From: an uncultured Planctomycetota bacterium
GTDB lineage: Bacteria; Planctomycetota; Planctomycetia; Isosphaerales; Isosphaeraceae
DNA: 64,000 nucleotides
Reading direction: 5' to 3'
Assembly (NCBI GenBank): GCA_963737655.1
Contig: CAVTTN010000002.1
Location: forward strand, 4,672,001-4,736,000
Shown here one piece after another: positions 25,582 to 38,393 of this stretch (its first letter is position 1; the number at the start of each line of letters is the position of its first letter). The notes under the pieces are model-generated. The model was given only the letters and a program-made list of their open reading frames with translations. It did no database searches and was not told the origin of the DNA. Made by a program: the position numbers and the translations under genes.

Positions 25582-28500
25582 ATGAAGGGTCTGTCCGGTG
25601 GCTGGCGGTGGGTCGCCCTGGGGGGCGTCGCGGTGGTCGGGGTGGCGATCGGAGCGATGCTCTGGATCGTCCCCAGGGTGATCGCCGGTCAGGTCCGTTC
25701 GCGGTATGACGGCCAGGTGAACATTTCCGGCTGGTGGATCGGCGGGTCGTCCTCGGGTGTCAAGGGGCTGACGCTCCACGAATCGAGCGACCCGACTTCG
25801 CCGGTCTGGGCCCGGGCCGAGGCCGTCGAGACCGATTTGACGATCGGCGGCCTGCTCTCGGGCCGGACGTCGCCGAAGAAGATCACCCTGGTCCGCCCGG
25901 CGCTCGTCTTCCGGATCGATCGCGACGGCAGACCGCTGACTCGCCCCTCGATCAGGGGCGGAAGCGGTCAGGCCGGGGCGATGCCCGAGGTGATCGTCCG
26001 GGACGGGACCGTCACCCTGAAGCAGGAAGGGCGGCCCGAGATGGTCGTCGCCGGGGTCTCGGGACGGCTCGGCCCGCCCGATGCCGACGGCTCGGAGAGC
26101 TTCCGGGCCGATTCCGGCGACTCGACCTGGGGCGCGTGGGAAGCCACGGGCCAGTTCGCCCCGGGATTCGCCACGGGCCGGATCACGCTCAAGAGCGTCT
26201 CGGGACTGGTCGCCGACGCCGACAAGACGGCCCGCATCCCGTTCGTGCCGAAGGAGGTCTGGGACCACGTCCGGCCCTCGGGTCCGATGGGCGTGGCCAT
26301 GACCGTGACCCTCGGCAAGGCCGCAACCGTCGTCACCGATCTGAGCTACGGGGAGACGACGCTCGGACTGCCCAGCCTCGGCCTGGTCACCACCGGCACG
26401 ACGGGCGGGATGACCATCGAATCGGCCATCGTGACGTTGAAGGGGATGCGGGGCCAGAGCCTGGGCGGGGAGGTCCGGGCCGACGGCACCCTGGATTTCT
26501 CGAAGAATCCCTCGCAATTCGACCTCACGCTGGGCCTCGAAGGGATCGACGTGACGAAGGCCCCGACGAGCTGGCAGTTGGGCGAGGCCGAGATCACCGG
26601 GAAGCTCTCGGGGCGGGCCGACCTGGTCGTCGCCCTGAAGGAGAGCGGGGCCGACCTGACCGGCTCGACGGGCCAGGCGACCGTCTCCGGCGGGTCGATC
26701 GGCGGCATACCGATGAAGTCGATGAAGCTCGCCATGAAGGCCGAGGGCGACGACCTCCAGTATAAGACGGCCGAGGAGCGGGGCGCGATGCTCGACCGCC
26801 TCGCGCCGATCTTCCTCGCCATTCAGGCCCCGGCGTCGAAGGACGACGCGAAGCCCACTCCCGAGAAGAAGGCCGGCGGCTTGATCCTGCCGAAGACGAT
26901 CTCCACGAGCGTGGAATTCGAGGACGTGGACCTCGTCCAGTTGATCGCCCGCGCCGAGGCGATGGGGATTCACCTGCCGGTCCCGGTGGCGGGCAAGCTG
27001 TCCCTGAAGGCCAATGCGACGATCCCTCTCGGGGCCTTGAAGGACGTGAAGCAGTACGCCTTCCACGGCGAGGCGACCCTGAAGGGGGCGGCGATCGACA
27101 ACGTGGACCTGGGACGGGTCTCGGCCAGGCTCGACCTGGAAAACGGCGTCCTGGACCTCACCGACTTCCGCGGCCGGATCGTCGATCGGCCCGACGGAGG
27201 GACGGCCAACCCTCCGCCTCCGACCGAGGCGGAAAAGCCCGATGCGCCCCTGCCCCCGGGCGGGTTCCTCGGCCGGGTCCATGCGGAGATCAGCCCCCAG
27301 GGCGCCCTGACGGCCCATTTCGAGGGGAACGCCCTGCCCGTGGGCGAGCTGGCGGCGCCCGCCCTGCCCCATCCCAGCCCGCTTTCGGGCCTGGTCACGT
27401 TCCACCTGGACGCCTCGGGCCAGGTGGCGAAACTCTCCGACACGTCCCAGTGGACGGCCTCGGGCCGGGCCGAGAGTCGGAAGATCACCTATCGAGGGAC
27501 CGTCCTGGACGCCTTTTCCTCGACCTTCCAGCTCAAGAACGATCACCTTGAGATGCCCGACATGGCCGCGACCCTGGGAGGCCAGCCGCTCAAGGCGGGG
27601 ATCGCCCTGGGGCTGGCCGCCCCGAATGACTTCTCGGCCCATCTGGACGTGGCCGGCTGGGACCTCTCGGATATCCTGGCCTTCGTCCCCTCCGCGCCAG
27701 ACCGGCCCCCGTGGCGGGCAAGGTCACCGCGAAGGCGGAGGCGAAGGGGACGTTGCAGCCGTTCGACGTGACGAGCAACGGCCAGGGGCATCTCCTCGGG
27801 TTCCGAGCCGGCCCGGTCCCCCTCGGCAACATCCCGTTGAAGTGGGAGACCAGGGGGGACGTGATCGCGATCTCCGCCACCGAAGCCCGGCCGTTCGGCG
27901 GCGAGGTCTCGGCCGAGGCGACTGTCCCGGTGAAGGGGGACCGGCCGATCTCCGGGACCCTGACGATGAAGAAGGTGGACGTCGCCCAGCTCTCGGCGGC
28001 GACCGGAGACAGCGGGCTGAAGCTCTCGGGCAAGGCCGACGGCAAGGCCTCATTCACGATCCGGCCGAACCCCCCGGCCGGTCAATCGCCGATCGTGGCC
28101 GAGGTCAGCCTCCGCGCCCCCGATCTGACCGTCCAGGGCATCCCGGCCGAGGGGGTCCAGGCGACCGTCTCGCTGCACGGCGGGGCGCTGAAGTACGACC
28201 TGTTCGCGCAGAGCCTCGGCGGCAAGATCAAGTTCACCGGAGACGTGCCGCTCGGGGCGACATCGCCGTCGGATCGGCCGGAGATCAACGCGACGCTCCA
28301 GGCCGTGGGGTTCCGCCTGGAATCGCTGTGGAAGCCCCTGGGCATCTCCGGGGCGGTGGCGAAGCTCCGGGGGCTGGCGGCGATCGACGCGAATTTGCGG
28401 ACCCATCGCGACAACCCCGACCTCCGGGCCCGCGGGATCGCCGAGGTCCGCGAACTGGCCTGGGGGCCGAACTTTCCGATCGGCTCGATGAAGGGGACCG

Positions 28501-29564
28501 TGACGATCTCGCCCCAGGGCTGGGCGGTCTCCCTGATCGCCGCCGAGATCCTCGGGGGGACGGCCCAGGGCGAGCTCTCCGGGGGGCCGGAGGTCGAGGG
28601 GGTCCGACCCATCGATTTCCGCCTGGAAATGGACCGCGCCTCGCTCCGCCGAGTCCTGGCGTTCGCGCCCGGAGTGGCCGAGCAGGTCGACGGCTCGGGG
28701 ACGGTCCGGGCCTCGGGCCGGCTGGGCGAGACGTTCCGGGCCGACGGCGAGGCGATCGTGCCGGTCGGCCGGCTGTTCGGGATGCCCGTGGCGGACCTCC
28801 GCGCCCGGCCGAGCTCCAGTATTCGCCCGGGGGCGGGCTCGGCAGCCTGAACGTCCGGCGATGGTCGGCCCGGTTCGCCGGAGGACGGATCGCCGGGGAC
28901 GCCAAGCTCGGGCTCGGCAACGAACGGACCTTCGCCGTCGATGCCACGCTCGCCGCGGTCGATCTGGAGAGCCTGATCCGCCTGTTGACCGAGGTCAGGA
29001 AGCCCGCCTCGGGCAAGATCTCCGGCAAGGTCGCCCTCCAGGGACCGGACCTCGATCGCGCCGAGCGCTATCGAGGCCGGATCGACCTGGACCTGGACGA
29101 TGCCTCCCTCGTCGACCTCCCGCTCTTTCGCGGAGCTCGACCGGTTCCTCGGCGCCGCCCGGGGCGGAGTCTTCGAGGACGGCGACCTCCACGCCTCGAT
29201 CGCCAATCGCCAGATGCTGGTCGAGGAATTCACCCTGGTCGGCCGCCTGGTCCAGCTCCACGCCACCGGCACGGTGGGCTTCGATTCGAAGCTGGACCTC
29301 GAAGTCCTCATCAACACCAACCAGATCATCTCCCAGACCGGCCAGGCGCTGGCGGGGATCATCCCCAGGGCCTCGGGGGGAGGCCGAGACGCCGCCGGGT
29401 CCGCCCGGTTCGCCGGCTTCCTCGCCAATCGCCTGCTCAAGTTCCACGTCGGGGGGACGCTCTCCGCCCCGTCGGTCAACTTCGACCCGACCATCGCCGT
29501 CGGCGAAGGGGCCGTCGGCTTCTTCGCCGGAGTCCTCAAGCTCCCCCTGGAATTGCTGAGGTGA
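25582..29564 (+). CDS. Large AsmA-like beta-repeat protein; apparent frameshifts near 27710, 28835 and 29125
   Basis: N-terminal membrane anchor then repeated LGGEV/FGGEV/LSGKA amphipathic strands continuing across four frames. Confidence 0.7.
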
Positions 29565-29626
29565 GACGGAGTCGGGACCGCCACAACGCCAGAATCCTGG
29601 CGTCCCGGCGGTTCTTCCTCCCGGTC

Positions 29627-30463
29627 TCATCGCATCCGGGTGGCCCCGTTATCGACCATCGCCGGACGGCCCGTGAAGGCGCCGGCCCGTCGGGTTTGAT
29701 CGACGATCTGGACGAACCCGGCGCGGGTTTCGGCGGGGATCTGGGCCTGCTTCGTCGCCACGGACTTGGCCCAGTCGGGATAGGTCTCGACGAGCCGGCC
29801 CATCAACGAGACGAACATCCCGGCCTCCTGGACCTGGTCTTCCAGGAGCTTCTCGATCAGGGGGCGGAGCGTCACGCCGACGGCCTTCCACCCCCGCGAA
29901 TCGACCCTCACGAACGCCTCGACCTCGTGGCGGACCCACAATTCCCCGTTCGCCGCCTCCTTCTCGCGGAAGAACCCGGTGCGGACGATCAGGACGATTC
30001 GCCCCTGGAGCCTCGCGCCGCCCCGGGGGGCGGAATAGTCGAGGTCGCACAGCAAGATGTTCAGCCGGGGGGATCGCAACGCATACTCCCACGTCGCCGA
30101 AGTCCCCGCGCCGTCGGTCCCCTGGAAGCGGTTGGGCCCGACCTGTTGAAGCTTCGCCGAGGTCGGCCCGAGGTCTTGCCAGAGCGCCAGGGTCAGCGCC
30201 GGCTCGCTGAGCAACTTCATGTACAGCCGAGGGTTGCACGGGAACGTATCGGGCTTGCCCTGGCGATGGAAATGGGCGTCGCGGATCACCTCGGCCACCG
30301 GGTCGCGCAGGGGAGGCGCGACCTGATCGAGCGGGACGACCGCCGCCGGGTCCACGCGGCGGACCCCGGCCCGGGCGTCGTCATCGCGGCCGGGAAGCGG
30401 GGCGAGAACCCCGACGATCCCGGCCAGGACGCCCATCCATCGCCTTGAGGAGCGGGGATTCAT
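29627..30463 (-). CDS. Hypothetical exported protein
   Basis: Protein-like composition with a hydrophobic N-terminus. Confidence 0.65.
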   Translation of the reverse strand: MNPRSSRRWMGVLAGIVGVLAPLPGRDDDARAGVRRVDPAAVVPLDQVAPPLRDPVAEVIRDAHFHRQGKPDTFPCNPRLYMKLLSEPALTLALWQDLGPTSAKLQQVGPNRFQGTDGAGTSATWEYALRSPRLNILLCDLDYSAPRGGARLQGRIVLIVRTGFFREKEAANGELWVRHEVEAFVRVDSRGWKAVGVTLRPLIEKLLEDQVQEAGMFVSLMGRLVETYPDWAKSVATKQAQIPAETRAGFVQIVDQTRRAGAFTGRPAMVDNGATRMR

Positions 30464-30890
30464 CGAGCCCTCCGTGGAGCAGTCCATCCGCTATCGATGA
30501 AGGCCCGAGCCGACCCGGCATCCTCGTCCGAGGGCCTCGCGCCATGCCCCTTCCATCGGCCGGAATCGGCCCTGTCCTGTCGCCGAAGCCGACAATCCGG
30601 GCAATTTCCGAGGTCGTCGCGAAAGCGGGGGATCTGGGCAAAATCCCCGATGCGCCCGGCCGCTCCGCGAACCTCGGCCGGCGGATTTCGACGAGTTCCG
30701 GGGTCGCGAAACGCGGCCCGGAAGTCGGCCCGCTCGGGCTGGTCATCGCCGGCAAGGGCCTCGGTCGGGCCATCGCCCGAAGGGAATGCCGGGCGAACTG
30801 GCCTTGTCGCCCTCGGCGATGGGGTTAGGATGTCGCGCCATGATGGGCAAGGGCGTCGAACGGATTCGGCCGAAGAGGGAGGATGCCTCC

Positions 30891-32093
30891 ATGACGGGAC
30901 GTCGTCGGATCAGGGCCTGGATCGTCGCGGCGGGGGTCCTGGGGATCGCCGGGGTCGGGTTCCTCGGGTTCAAGAGCCTGGGGGGTCGCCGGGGCAAGCC
31001 CGGCGCCTCCGGGGCGACGGCCGAGGCGCCTGCCGAGAAGGCGCAGGGCCTTCGGGGGCTGGCGTCCTCCGTGGTTCGGGGCGACGGGCTCGCCCTGGCC
31101 ACCTTGAAGGCCCGGATCGAGGCCGACGCCAAGGCCGGCAACGCCCAGGCGTTGAAGCCCGACGAGGCCGCCGACTGGTGCGCCGTGATCGCGGGCCTGC
31201 GTTCCGGGTTCCCGCGATTCTCGCCCTATGGCCGGGCTTCGGCCCTGGGCGTGGTTTCGGCGATCCTGGAGAAGTTCCGGATCTCGCCCGCCCCGGTCGT
31301 CTGGAGGAACGAGCTCCTCGGGCCGTCGGCCGACCTGCTCGGGTCGGCCCTGGCCGATCAGTCCCCCTCGGTCCGCATCGCCGCGATGGCGGCCCTCAAG
31401 GACCTCTGGAACTGGACCCCCGGCTACGAGCTGAACAAGTCCGACCTCGAACAGATCGGCGCGTGGAAGGAAGGGTTTGGCCCGGGAGTGATCCGCCGGC
31501 TGAGCGACCCCGAGCCCGAGTCCCGGGCCTCGGCCGTGGCCTGCCTCGGCGCCCTGAGGGTCCCCCAGATCGCCGGACCCGCGGTGGCCCTGCTCAAAGA
31601 CAAGGACCCCACCGTCCGCGCCCAGGTCTTGCTGAGCTTCCTGGATCGCCCCCTGATCCTGACCGAGGAGGCGATCCTCCCCTTGCTGAACGACCCGAGC
31701 CCGGTCGTCGCCCCGCTGGCCAAGAGGACGTTGAAGGCCCGAGGGCTCTCCGACGACCTGATCGGCCTGGCGAAGTTCATCGTCCACCCCCGGGCCGACC
31801 TCCGCCTCTCGGCCATCGGCATGCTCAAGGGCCGGACCGACATCGACCCGGTCGTCTGGCTGTCATATCTCTCCAACGACGTCGAGGAAACCATCCGCCA
31901 GAAGGCGATGGAAGCCCTCTCCGCGAACAACGGCCCCGAGGCCCGGACCCGCCTGACCGAAATGGCCCTGGGCGACCCCTCCGCCGCGATCCGCAAGCAG
32001 GCCAAGGCCCTCCTCGGACGCGACGAAACCGCCGACGCCCTGCCCCCCCTGCCTCCCACCAGCACGCCCGGCTTGAAGCTCAAGGCGAACTGA
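30891..32093 (+). CDS. HEAT-repeat protein with N-terminal anchor
   Basis: Repeated LxDxxPxVRxxA units. Confidence 0.8.
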   Translation: MTGRRRIRAWIVAAGVLGIAGVGFLGFKSLGGRRGKPGASGATAEAPAEKAQGLRGLASSVVRGDGLALATLKARIEADAKAGNAQALKPDEAADWCAVIAGLRSGFPRFSPYGRASALGVVSAILEKFRISPAPVVWRNELLGPSADLLGSALADQSPSVRIAAMAALKDLWNWTPGYELNKSDLEQIGAWKEGFGPGVIRRLSDPEPESRASAVACLGALRVPQIAGPAVALLKDKDPTVRAQVLLSFLDRPLILTEEAILPLLNDPSPVVAPLAKRTLKARGLSDDLIGLAKFIVHPRADLRLSAIGMLKGRTDIDPVVWLSYLSNDVEETIRQKAMEALSANNGPEARTRLTEMALGDPSAAIRKQAKALLGRDETADALPPLPPTSTPGLKLKAN

Positions 32094-32107
32094 CGAACTG
32101 TCCGGGT

Positions 32108-32218
32108 GCAGGAAATGCCCCGTCATGTCGGGTGCATGAAATGCACCATCTTCCATCGCCTTGAATGGGGTGGAAGATGGTGCATTTCATGCACCCGACA
32201 TGACGGGGCATTTCCTGC
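32108..32218. repeat. 111-bp palindrome (REP family B, REPIN-like); probable bidirectional terminator
   Basis: Perfect 48-bp arms 32108-32155 and 32171-32218 between convergent genes. Confidence 0.85.
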
Positions 32219-32220
32219 GG

Positions 32221-35200
32221 TTACGGGGCCGTCGCCGCCGTGATGGCGATCAGGGCCGGGACGCCCCTCCGGTCCTTGCCGTAGACGAGATCGAGGCTCT
32301 CGATCGCCACGTCGGGCCTCGGGTTCGGCCAGGGCTTCACGTAGGCCACGGCCGAAACGTCGGAATTCGGGTAGGCCCGGGTCCAGCCGATCATCGCGCC
32401 GGGGACGGCGGCGGGGGTCTTCTGCCGGTAGTCGTCCACGTCGATCTCCGAGACGATCGGCACGTCGATCGTCTTGCCGTCGGCGTAGTGGACGACGTAT
32501 CGGGCCATCTCGTACCGCTTCTTCTCGCGGATTTCCTGGTCATTGCGGCGGGCGTCGATCCTCGCGGCCTGGAGGAAGAACAGGGCGTCGGCCTTCCTTC
32601 CGACCGGAATTCCCCGAACTTCTTCGGCCGGCCCGTTCGGCACGCCGGGGCCGCCGAGCATCACGACCGTCGGCACGGGCGAGGTCTTGAAGTCGAACAC
32701 CTCGAACGGCACGCCCGCGAACGTCTGCCGGCCGGTGGGCAGGTCCTTGAACGTGGCGTTCGAGTCGCCGAACCAGCCGCGTTCGGTCCGGTACTGGTTG
32801 GCCTTCTTCGAGAGGTCCACCGGCGAATAGGCGAGGTCGGCCCCCGCCACCACGGTCTTGCCTCCGGCGAACGGGGCCTTGAGGTTCCTCAGGACCCCGG
32901 CGAGCACGGCCCTCTTCTTCTCGGCATTCTCGGGCGCCTCCTCGCTCCCCGAGAACTTCAGATTCGCCAGGACGATCCCGCCCGGCCCCTTCGGATAGTG
33001 CATCAGCCCGCCCACGCTCACCATCGGCCGGACCTTCTCCAGGAACTCGGGCGACCGCCTGGCCTTCAGCCGGATGTTGTCCAGCCCCGTGACCTGCCCC
33101 TTGCCCGGCAGCTTCTCCCACTCGGCCAGCCGGAGGGTGATCTCCCGGCCTTTTTTCCCCGGAGGGACCGCGAACGTCTGCGGGTCGGTGTTCGCCTTCA
33201 CCGCGAACGTCGTTTCGTCCTTGCCGTCGAAGAGGAGCGAGAACTTCGTGACCGGCATGTAGAACGTGTTGCCGATCCATTCGACCTCGACGATCTCCTC
33301 GGCCCTCGGCAGGGGCAGAGCGAAGTCCAGGGGCGGGGAATCGGGCGCCGGGACGTTCACGATGTACTTCCAGGCGTCGGCCGAGACCATCCCGTTGACC
33401 ATGTTCTCCAGGAACGAGTTGGCGAACTTCGCGAACGGGGCGACGTCGTCGTAATCGACCACGAAGGCGAAGACGTCCGAGGCGACGTAATTCCCCTCCT
33501 GCCAGGGGAAGATCCGTTCGGACGAGTACATGGCCACGTCGGCCAGGGACAGGCCCGACATCAGCGGGTCCTTCACCGCGGGGAACGAGATCCGTTCGCG
33601 GCGGAACGGCCGGATCAGGTGCTCGACGCCCACGAGCTTGTTGAAGTCGGCGAGGCCCTCGGGCGTCAGGCCGTTCAGGACGACGTACCCGCCGGCCTTC
33701 GCGAACGCCTCGACCTCGGCCTGATTTCCGGCCAGCGCCTTCAGGTTCGCGGGGCTGGCCGAGATCACCGCGAGCTTCACCCCGGGCGCCCGGAGGGCCG
33801 AGAGCGGGTCGCTGAGCTTCTCGGCGCGGAGGCCGATGGCGTCGAGCGCCTCGGCGAGCCTCGGGGCGTCGTTCGCGGCCACGGCCACCGGGCGGAATTC
33901 CTGATTGTAGGTCGCCGCATGCTCGATCAGGTTCGCGAGCAGGTGTTGAGCAACGGCATTCGTCTCCAGGGTCTCGCCCACCCTCATCTGCGACAGGAGG
34001 AGCAGCCCCGGGCCGACCGGGACCTCGACGAGCCCGCTATTCTTCAAAGACTCGCCGCACTGGACGATCGAACGGGCGCCCCGAGAGGGCTTGAAATAGG
34101 CGTCGCGATAGACGACTTCGCCGGGGTTCCAGGTGAAGAAGTCTTTTTGCTTCAACCCCTTCACGGCCGGATGGGTGAGGTCCTCGATGAACGCGGTCCG
34201 GCCCTCGTTCTGGGCGCTCTCCATCTCGGCCGGCGCGATCGCCTGATACTTCAATGGATTCTTCTGTTCAAGGACGATCACGCGCTTGCCGCTCGACGCC
34301 AGGGCGGCGAGGCGGGTCGAGGTGCTCTCGGCCGGGTCGAGCGCGTCCTTGCCCACGAGGACGATCTTCGCCGAATCGGGGACGGAGGCGACGTCCTTCG
34401 CGGCCGCGAACGGGACCGATCGGGCCTTCAGGAAGGCCGAGGCGGAGCCGTGCGGGTCGATCACGGCCAGGTCGCCCGGCTTGAGGCCCGCGATCGACCG
34501 GACGGGCGGGAGGATCGACACGGCCTTCACGTCGCGGAAGACCTCCTTGCCGCCGACCTCCAGCGTCAGGACGAATTCTCCCTCGGCCCTCTCGGCCACT
34601 TCGGGGATCGCGAGCGGCTCGCGGTGGACCCACGATTCGCCGGGCTTCACCTTCGTCACCGCCCTCGGGAGATGCCTCGTGGCCCCGCCGATCTTCAGGA
34701 CGCGGTCCGCGATGATCGGCTCGTCCGAGCGGGTATCATTGAAGATGCCGAACGTCCTCGGGACCGTCTGCCCCGAGCCGAACGTCCAGTCCCACTCGCG
34801 GCAGAAGACCGCGCGGGGGGCGTTGGCGACGTACTGGCCGGTGGCCACGTCCTGATTCTGCCAGAAGTGGATCGCCCCGTAGCCGTTCCACCGGGCGCCC
34901 TCGGTCAGCATCCTCGCGACGATCCCGACGGCCCTCCGCGAGCCTCTGCTGGCCGAGGAAGACCTCCTCGCCGCCGAAGTAGCTGTACGCGGGATTATGC
35001 CCCTGCGCGAACAACTCCTCGCCGATGAACCTCGGCCGCTTCAGGTCCCACTCCCACCGCCCTCGGCCCCCGCCCTTCGTGTTCGGCTCGTAGGCGAGCG
35101 TCGGGTACTGAGGGAACGGGCCGGTCGTGTAGTGGTCGCCGTGGACCGGCATCCGGTTCGACTTCGTGGCCCCCCCGCCGTCGGTCATCGACGGACGGGT

Positions 35201-37189
35201 CGGGTCGGCGTCGCGGACGGCCTCGGCCGTCTTGATCGTCTCGGCCTCGAACAGGTCCATCAGGCCTCCGTAGAGGTTGATGCAGTTGATGTACAGATAC
35301 TCGTTCTCGATCGACCACAGCATGACCGACGGATGGTTGCGCTCGCCTTTGACCTGCGCCACCACCTGATCTCGCCAGTTTTGCATCAGGTCCATCTTGA
35401 TTTCGGACTTGTACTTCGCCTTGAGCTTCGGGTCGTTCTCGATGGCCATGTAGCCGATCCCCTCGCCGTCGAGCATCCCCGACCGGCGGACGACCACGCC
35501 GTTCCTGTCGAGGAAGTCGAGGGCCGGATCGGGCGGCATGTCCATCCACGACGTCCCCCAGAATCGCATGAACGTCTGGTTCGACTTGCGATAGAAATCG
35601 ACCCATTCTTTCGGGGTCGCGTGATTGTGGGTGTCGGCCCAGCCGTGCCAGGGGACGCCGTTCAGGAGGAAGTCCTTGCCCGAGATCGTCCACTCGCGGA
35701 AGCCGAACGGGACCTCGCCGACGTCGATCGGCTTGCCGCCCTCGCGGACCGTCGTCCGGAGCCGGTACATGGTCGGGTCGTCGGGCCACCAGGGCTTCGC
35801 GTCGGGCCAGGGGAACGCGGCCTTGATCACCGAATCGCTCGGCTTGATGGGGACCGGCGGGAACGCCCTGGCGACCCGGCCCGAGGCGTCGATCGCCTCG
35901 CAGATCACCTCGCCCTTCGTCCCGCGGTTCACCGAGACCTCGACGCCCAGCTCCTTCCTGGCGATCGACGGCTTGCAGAAGACGTCCGACGCATAGGTCG
36001 GCCCCGCGCAGACCAATTCCGGCGTGACGAGGATTCCCGACTCGGGATGGGCCCAGACCGGATAGGCCATGTCCTGGAAGCCGTCGCCGAAGAACTTCCT
36101 GGGCAGGTTGAACGCCTTGCGGAGCTTCATCGGATCCTCGGGGTCGGCCGCCCGGCCGTACCAGGCGTCCCGAATCCCGACCCAGACCTCGTTCACCCCC
36201 GGCTTGATCCCCTTCGTCACGTCAATCTGCACTCGCGCGAATGGATTCTTGTCGAAACCACAATAGACCCCGTTCACGAACACCGTCGTGTTCAGATTAT
36301 TCTGAGGGAACACAAGAAAGAACGACTTGCCGACAGCCGAGGCCGGCACCTCGACGCGCGTCCGATACCAGAGGCGATGGGCGAAGACGAGGTCGGGCCT
36401 CAGCGTGTTCTTGTCGCCGGGGACCGGGATGCCTTTCCAGAACGTGGTTTTCGGGAGGTTTTTCAGGGGTTCCGCGACCTCGCCGGGCATCTGCTCGTCG
36501 TCCCGGCAAACCTCCCAGAGGCCCTTGAGCTCGACCGACGATCGCCGCCCGTCGGCGGCCGGTTCGGGGAGGCGGAAGACGACCTTCTCGGCCTGGCGAT
36601 CGCGGGCGTCGCGGCCGTCGTCGCCGGGCCGGAACGGGCCGTTGGGGGTAAACTTGCCGGGATGAAGACAGAGGGCGTCGAGCGCCACGAGGATGCGGGC
36701 GGTCTGCCCCTTGTCGTCCTTCGTCTTCGGGGCGCGGATTTCCAGGGTGTGCTCGCCGGCCGTCAGGCGACGGTCCCCCAGCTTCAGCCAGGCGACCTCG
36801 CAGAAGAAGTCGATCTCCATGAGGTCGGTCGTGAGCTCGTCGGGATTCGAGCGGGTCCAGGCCCCGCCATCGATCCGCCAGTCGATCGGGGAGCGGACGA
36901 ACTCGAATCCGAGACGCGCCCAGACCTCATAAGACGCCTCACCCTTGGAGGTGAGCTTATAAGAAAACAGGGCCCCGTCGGCCGGGACGTCCTTCTCGAC
37001 CTTGTCGGCATCGATCGACAGATGCAGCCATTTTTCGCCGGAAAGGAACGTCTTGTTCCCCCATCCGGCGAGGTTCGCCTTGACGTTGGAGGCCGTCGGG
37101 GCCTCGCCCTCGATCCAGACGGGTTCGTGGGCCCGCGTCGGCGAGGCGAGGCAGGCCGCGACCAGGGCGGCCGGGAGGAGCGATCTCAT
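32221..37189 (-). CDS. Large secreted glycoside hydrolase family 2-like protein; apparent frameshift near 34935
   Basis: Signal peptide, WWPDDPTMYRL, FGFREW, RNHPSVMLWSIENE, RFIGE; continues in ORF 32221-34911. Confidence 0.75.
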
Positions 37190-37407
37190 GGCAGGGGCGC
37201 CGGGGTGGGTGCTCGGGGAGTCGATCGACGCGAGCGCGGATTGTAGGAGACCGACCGAGTCGATGCAATGATGCAGCCTCGGCCGCCGAGGCGGGACCGA
37301 AGCCGGGGGCACCATCGGCCATCCGGACTCAGCGGGCCGGACCTTGTCGGCTCGATCGGCTTCGGCCACAATCCGGGAGACATCCGACGAGGGGAGACCG
37401 GCGCGTC

Positions 37408-37800
37408 ATGGCGACGGAGAAGGGCGCGAACCTGGGCGGGGCCCGAAGCAGGGCGGCGCGGTTCCGGCGCGATCCCGGATCGGGCCCGTTCCCGCCTCCC
37501 CATCGGCTCGAGGGCGGGCGAGGCGACGCCCGACGACCGGCCCTGGGTACCCCCAAGTCCGACGAGGAGGAGTCCAGGCCGAAGGGACGCCGCCTCTCGC
37601 GGGGCCAGGTCGTCCACCTCGTCCTGTTCCTCGGACTGGCCGGGGTGTTCGTGGCGAGCTCGGCCGTCCTGCTGGACCCTTCCGCCTCGGCCGAGGCCCG
37701 ACGCAAGGCCGGGATCGTCTGGCCGAGCTTCCCCGGCTATTGCGGAGGCTACCTTTTGGGCCGATCCAATCGGACGCGTCGGCCCGATCCGGCAAAGTGA
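37408..37800 (+). CDS. Hypothetical membrane protein
   Basis: One clear TM segment, VVHLVLFLGLAGVFVASSAVLL. Confidence 0.4.
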   Translation: MATEKGANLGGARSRAARFRRDPGSGPFPPPHRLEGGRGDARRPALGTPKSDEEESRPKGRRLSRGQVVHLVLFLGLAGVFVASSAVLLDPSASAEARRKAGIVWPSFPGYCGGYLLGRSNRTRRPDPAK

Positions 37801-38084
37801 CGGGTCGTTGCGCCCTTTGTCCGCTCGATCAGCCCGATCCGGGGATTTTCGCCCCCTCGCGATTTCGGGCGCGAACCGTCACGCCGCTGGACCCGTCCGT
37901 ATTTCGATTGTCGAAGAAATCCGGGCGAACTTCGAGGCCGAAGCTGTCGTATGATTGGGGACGGAACGTCCGAGCCGGGCCCGGTTTTTCCCGGGTGAGA
38001 TGGTGGCAAATGGCGTCAGGATGGCGACTTCGGGCGATTTGTGGCCGGATTCGGGCGGTTTTTTCGCCCGGCGGGAGAATTTCT

Positions 38085-38112
38085 TTGACTTCCTAGACGA
38101 CCGGTCTAATAT
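38085..38112 (+). promoter_or_regulatory. Possible sigma70 promoter of the sigma-factor gene
   Basis: TTGACT-16 nt-TAATAT. Confidence 0.45.
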
Positions 38113-38393
38113 CTGACGATAAGGATCGGATGTGTGGCCCGGGGCGTCGGCGACGCTCTGCTTGAGGCCGGGGTGGGCGAGGGGCGGGGCCGGGTGTTCC
38201 CGGGATTGGCCCGCGATTGGCCCGATTTTCGGATAGAGAGAGACGGAACAGAGTCCGGGGGCGCGACCCCGGGCCGGGCGGGACGCTCGACAGACGCCCC
38301 CCGGCCCCAGGGCCTCGCAGACACCGATTTCATCGAGCCGGGCCGGCCGTTGCGAGAGGATCGCGGGCCCGGCCGATCAGGAGAGCGAGTCCC

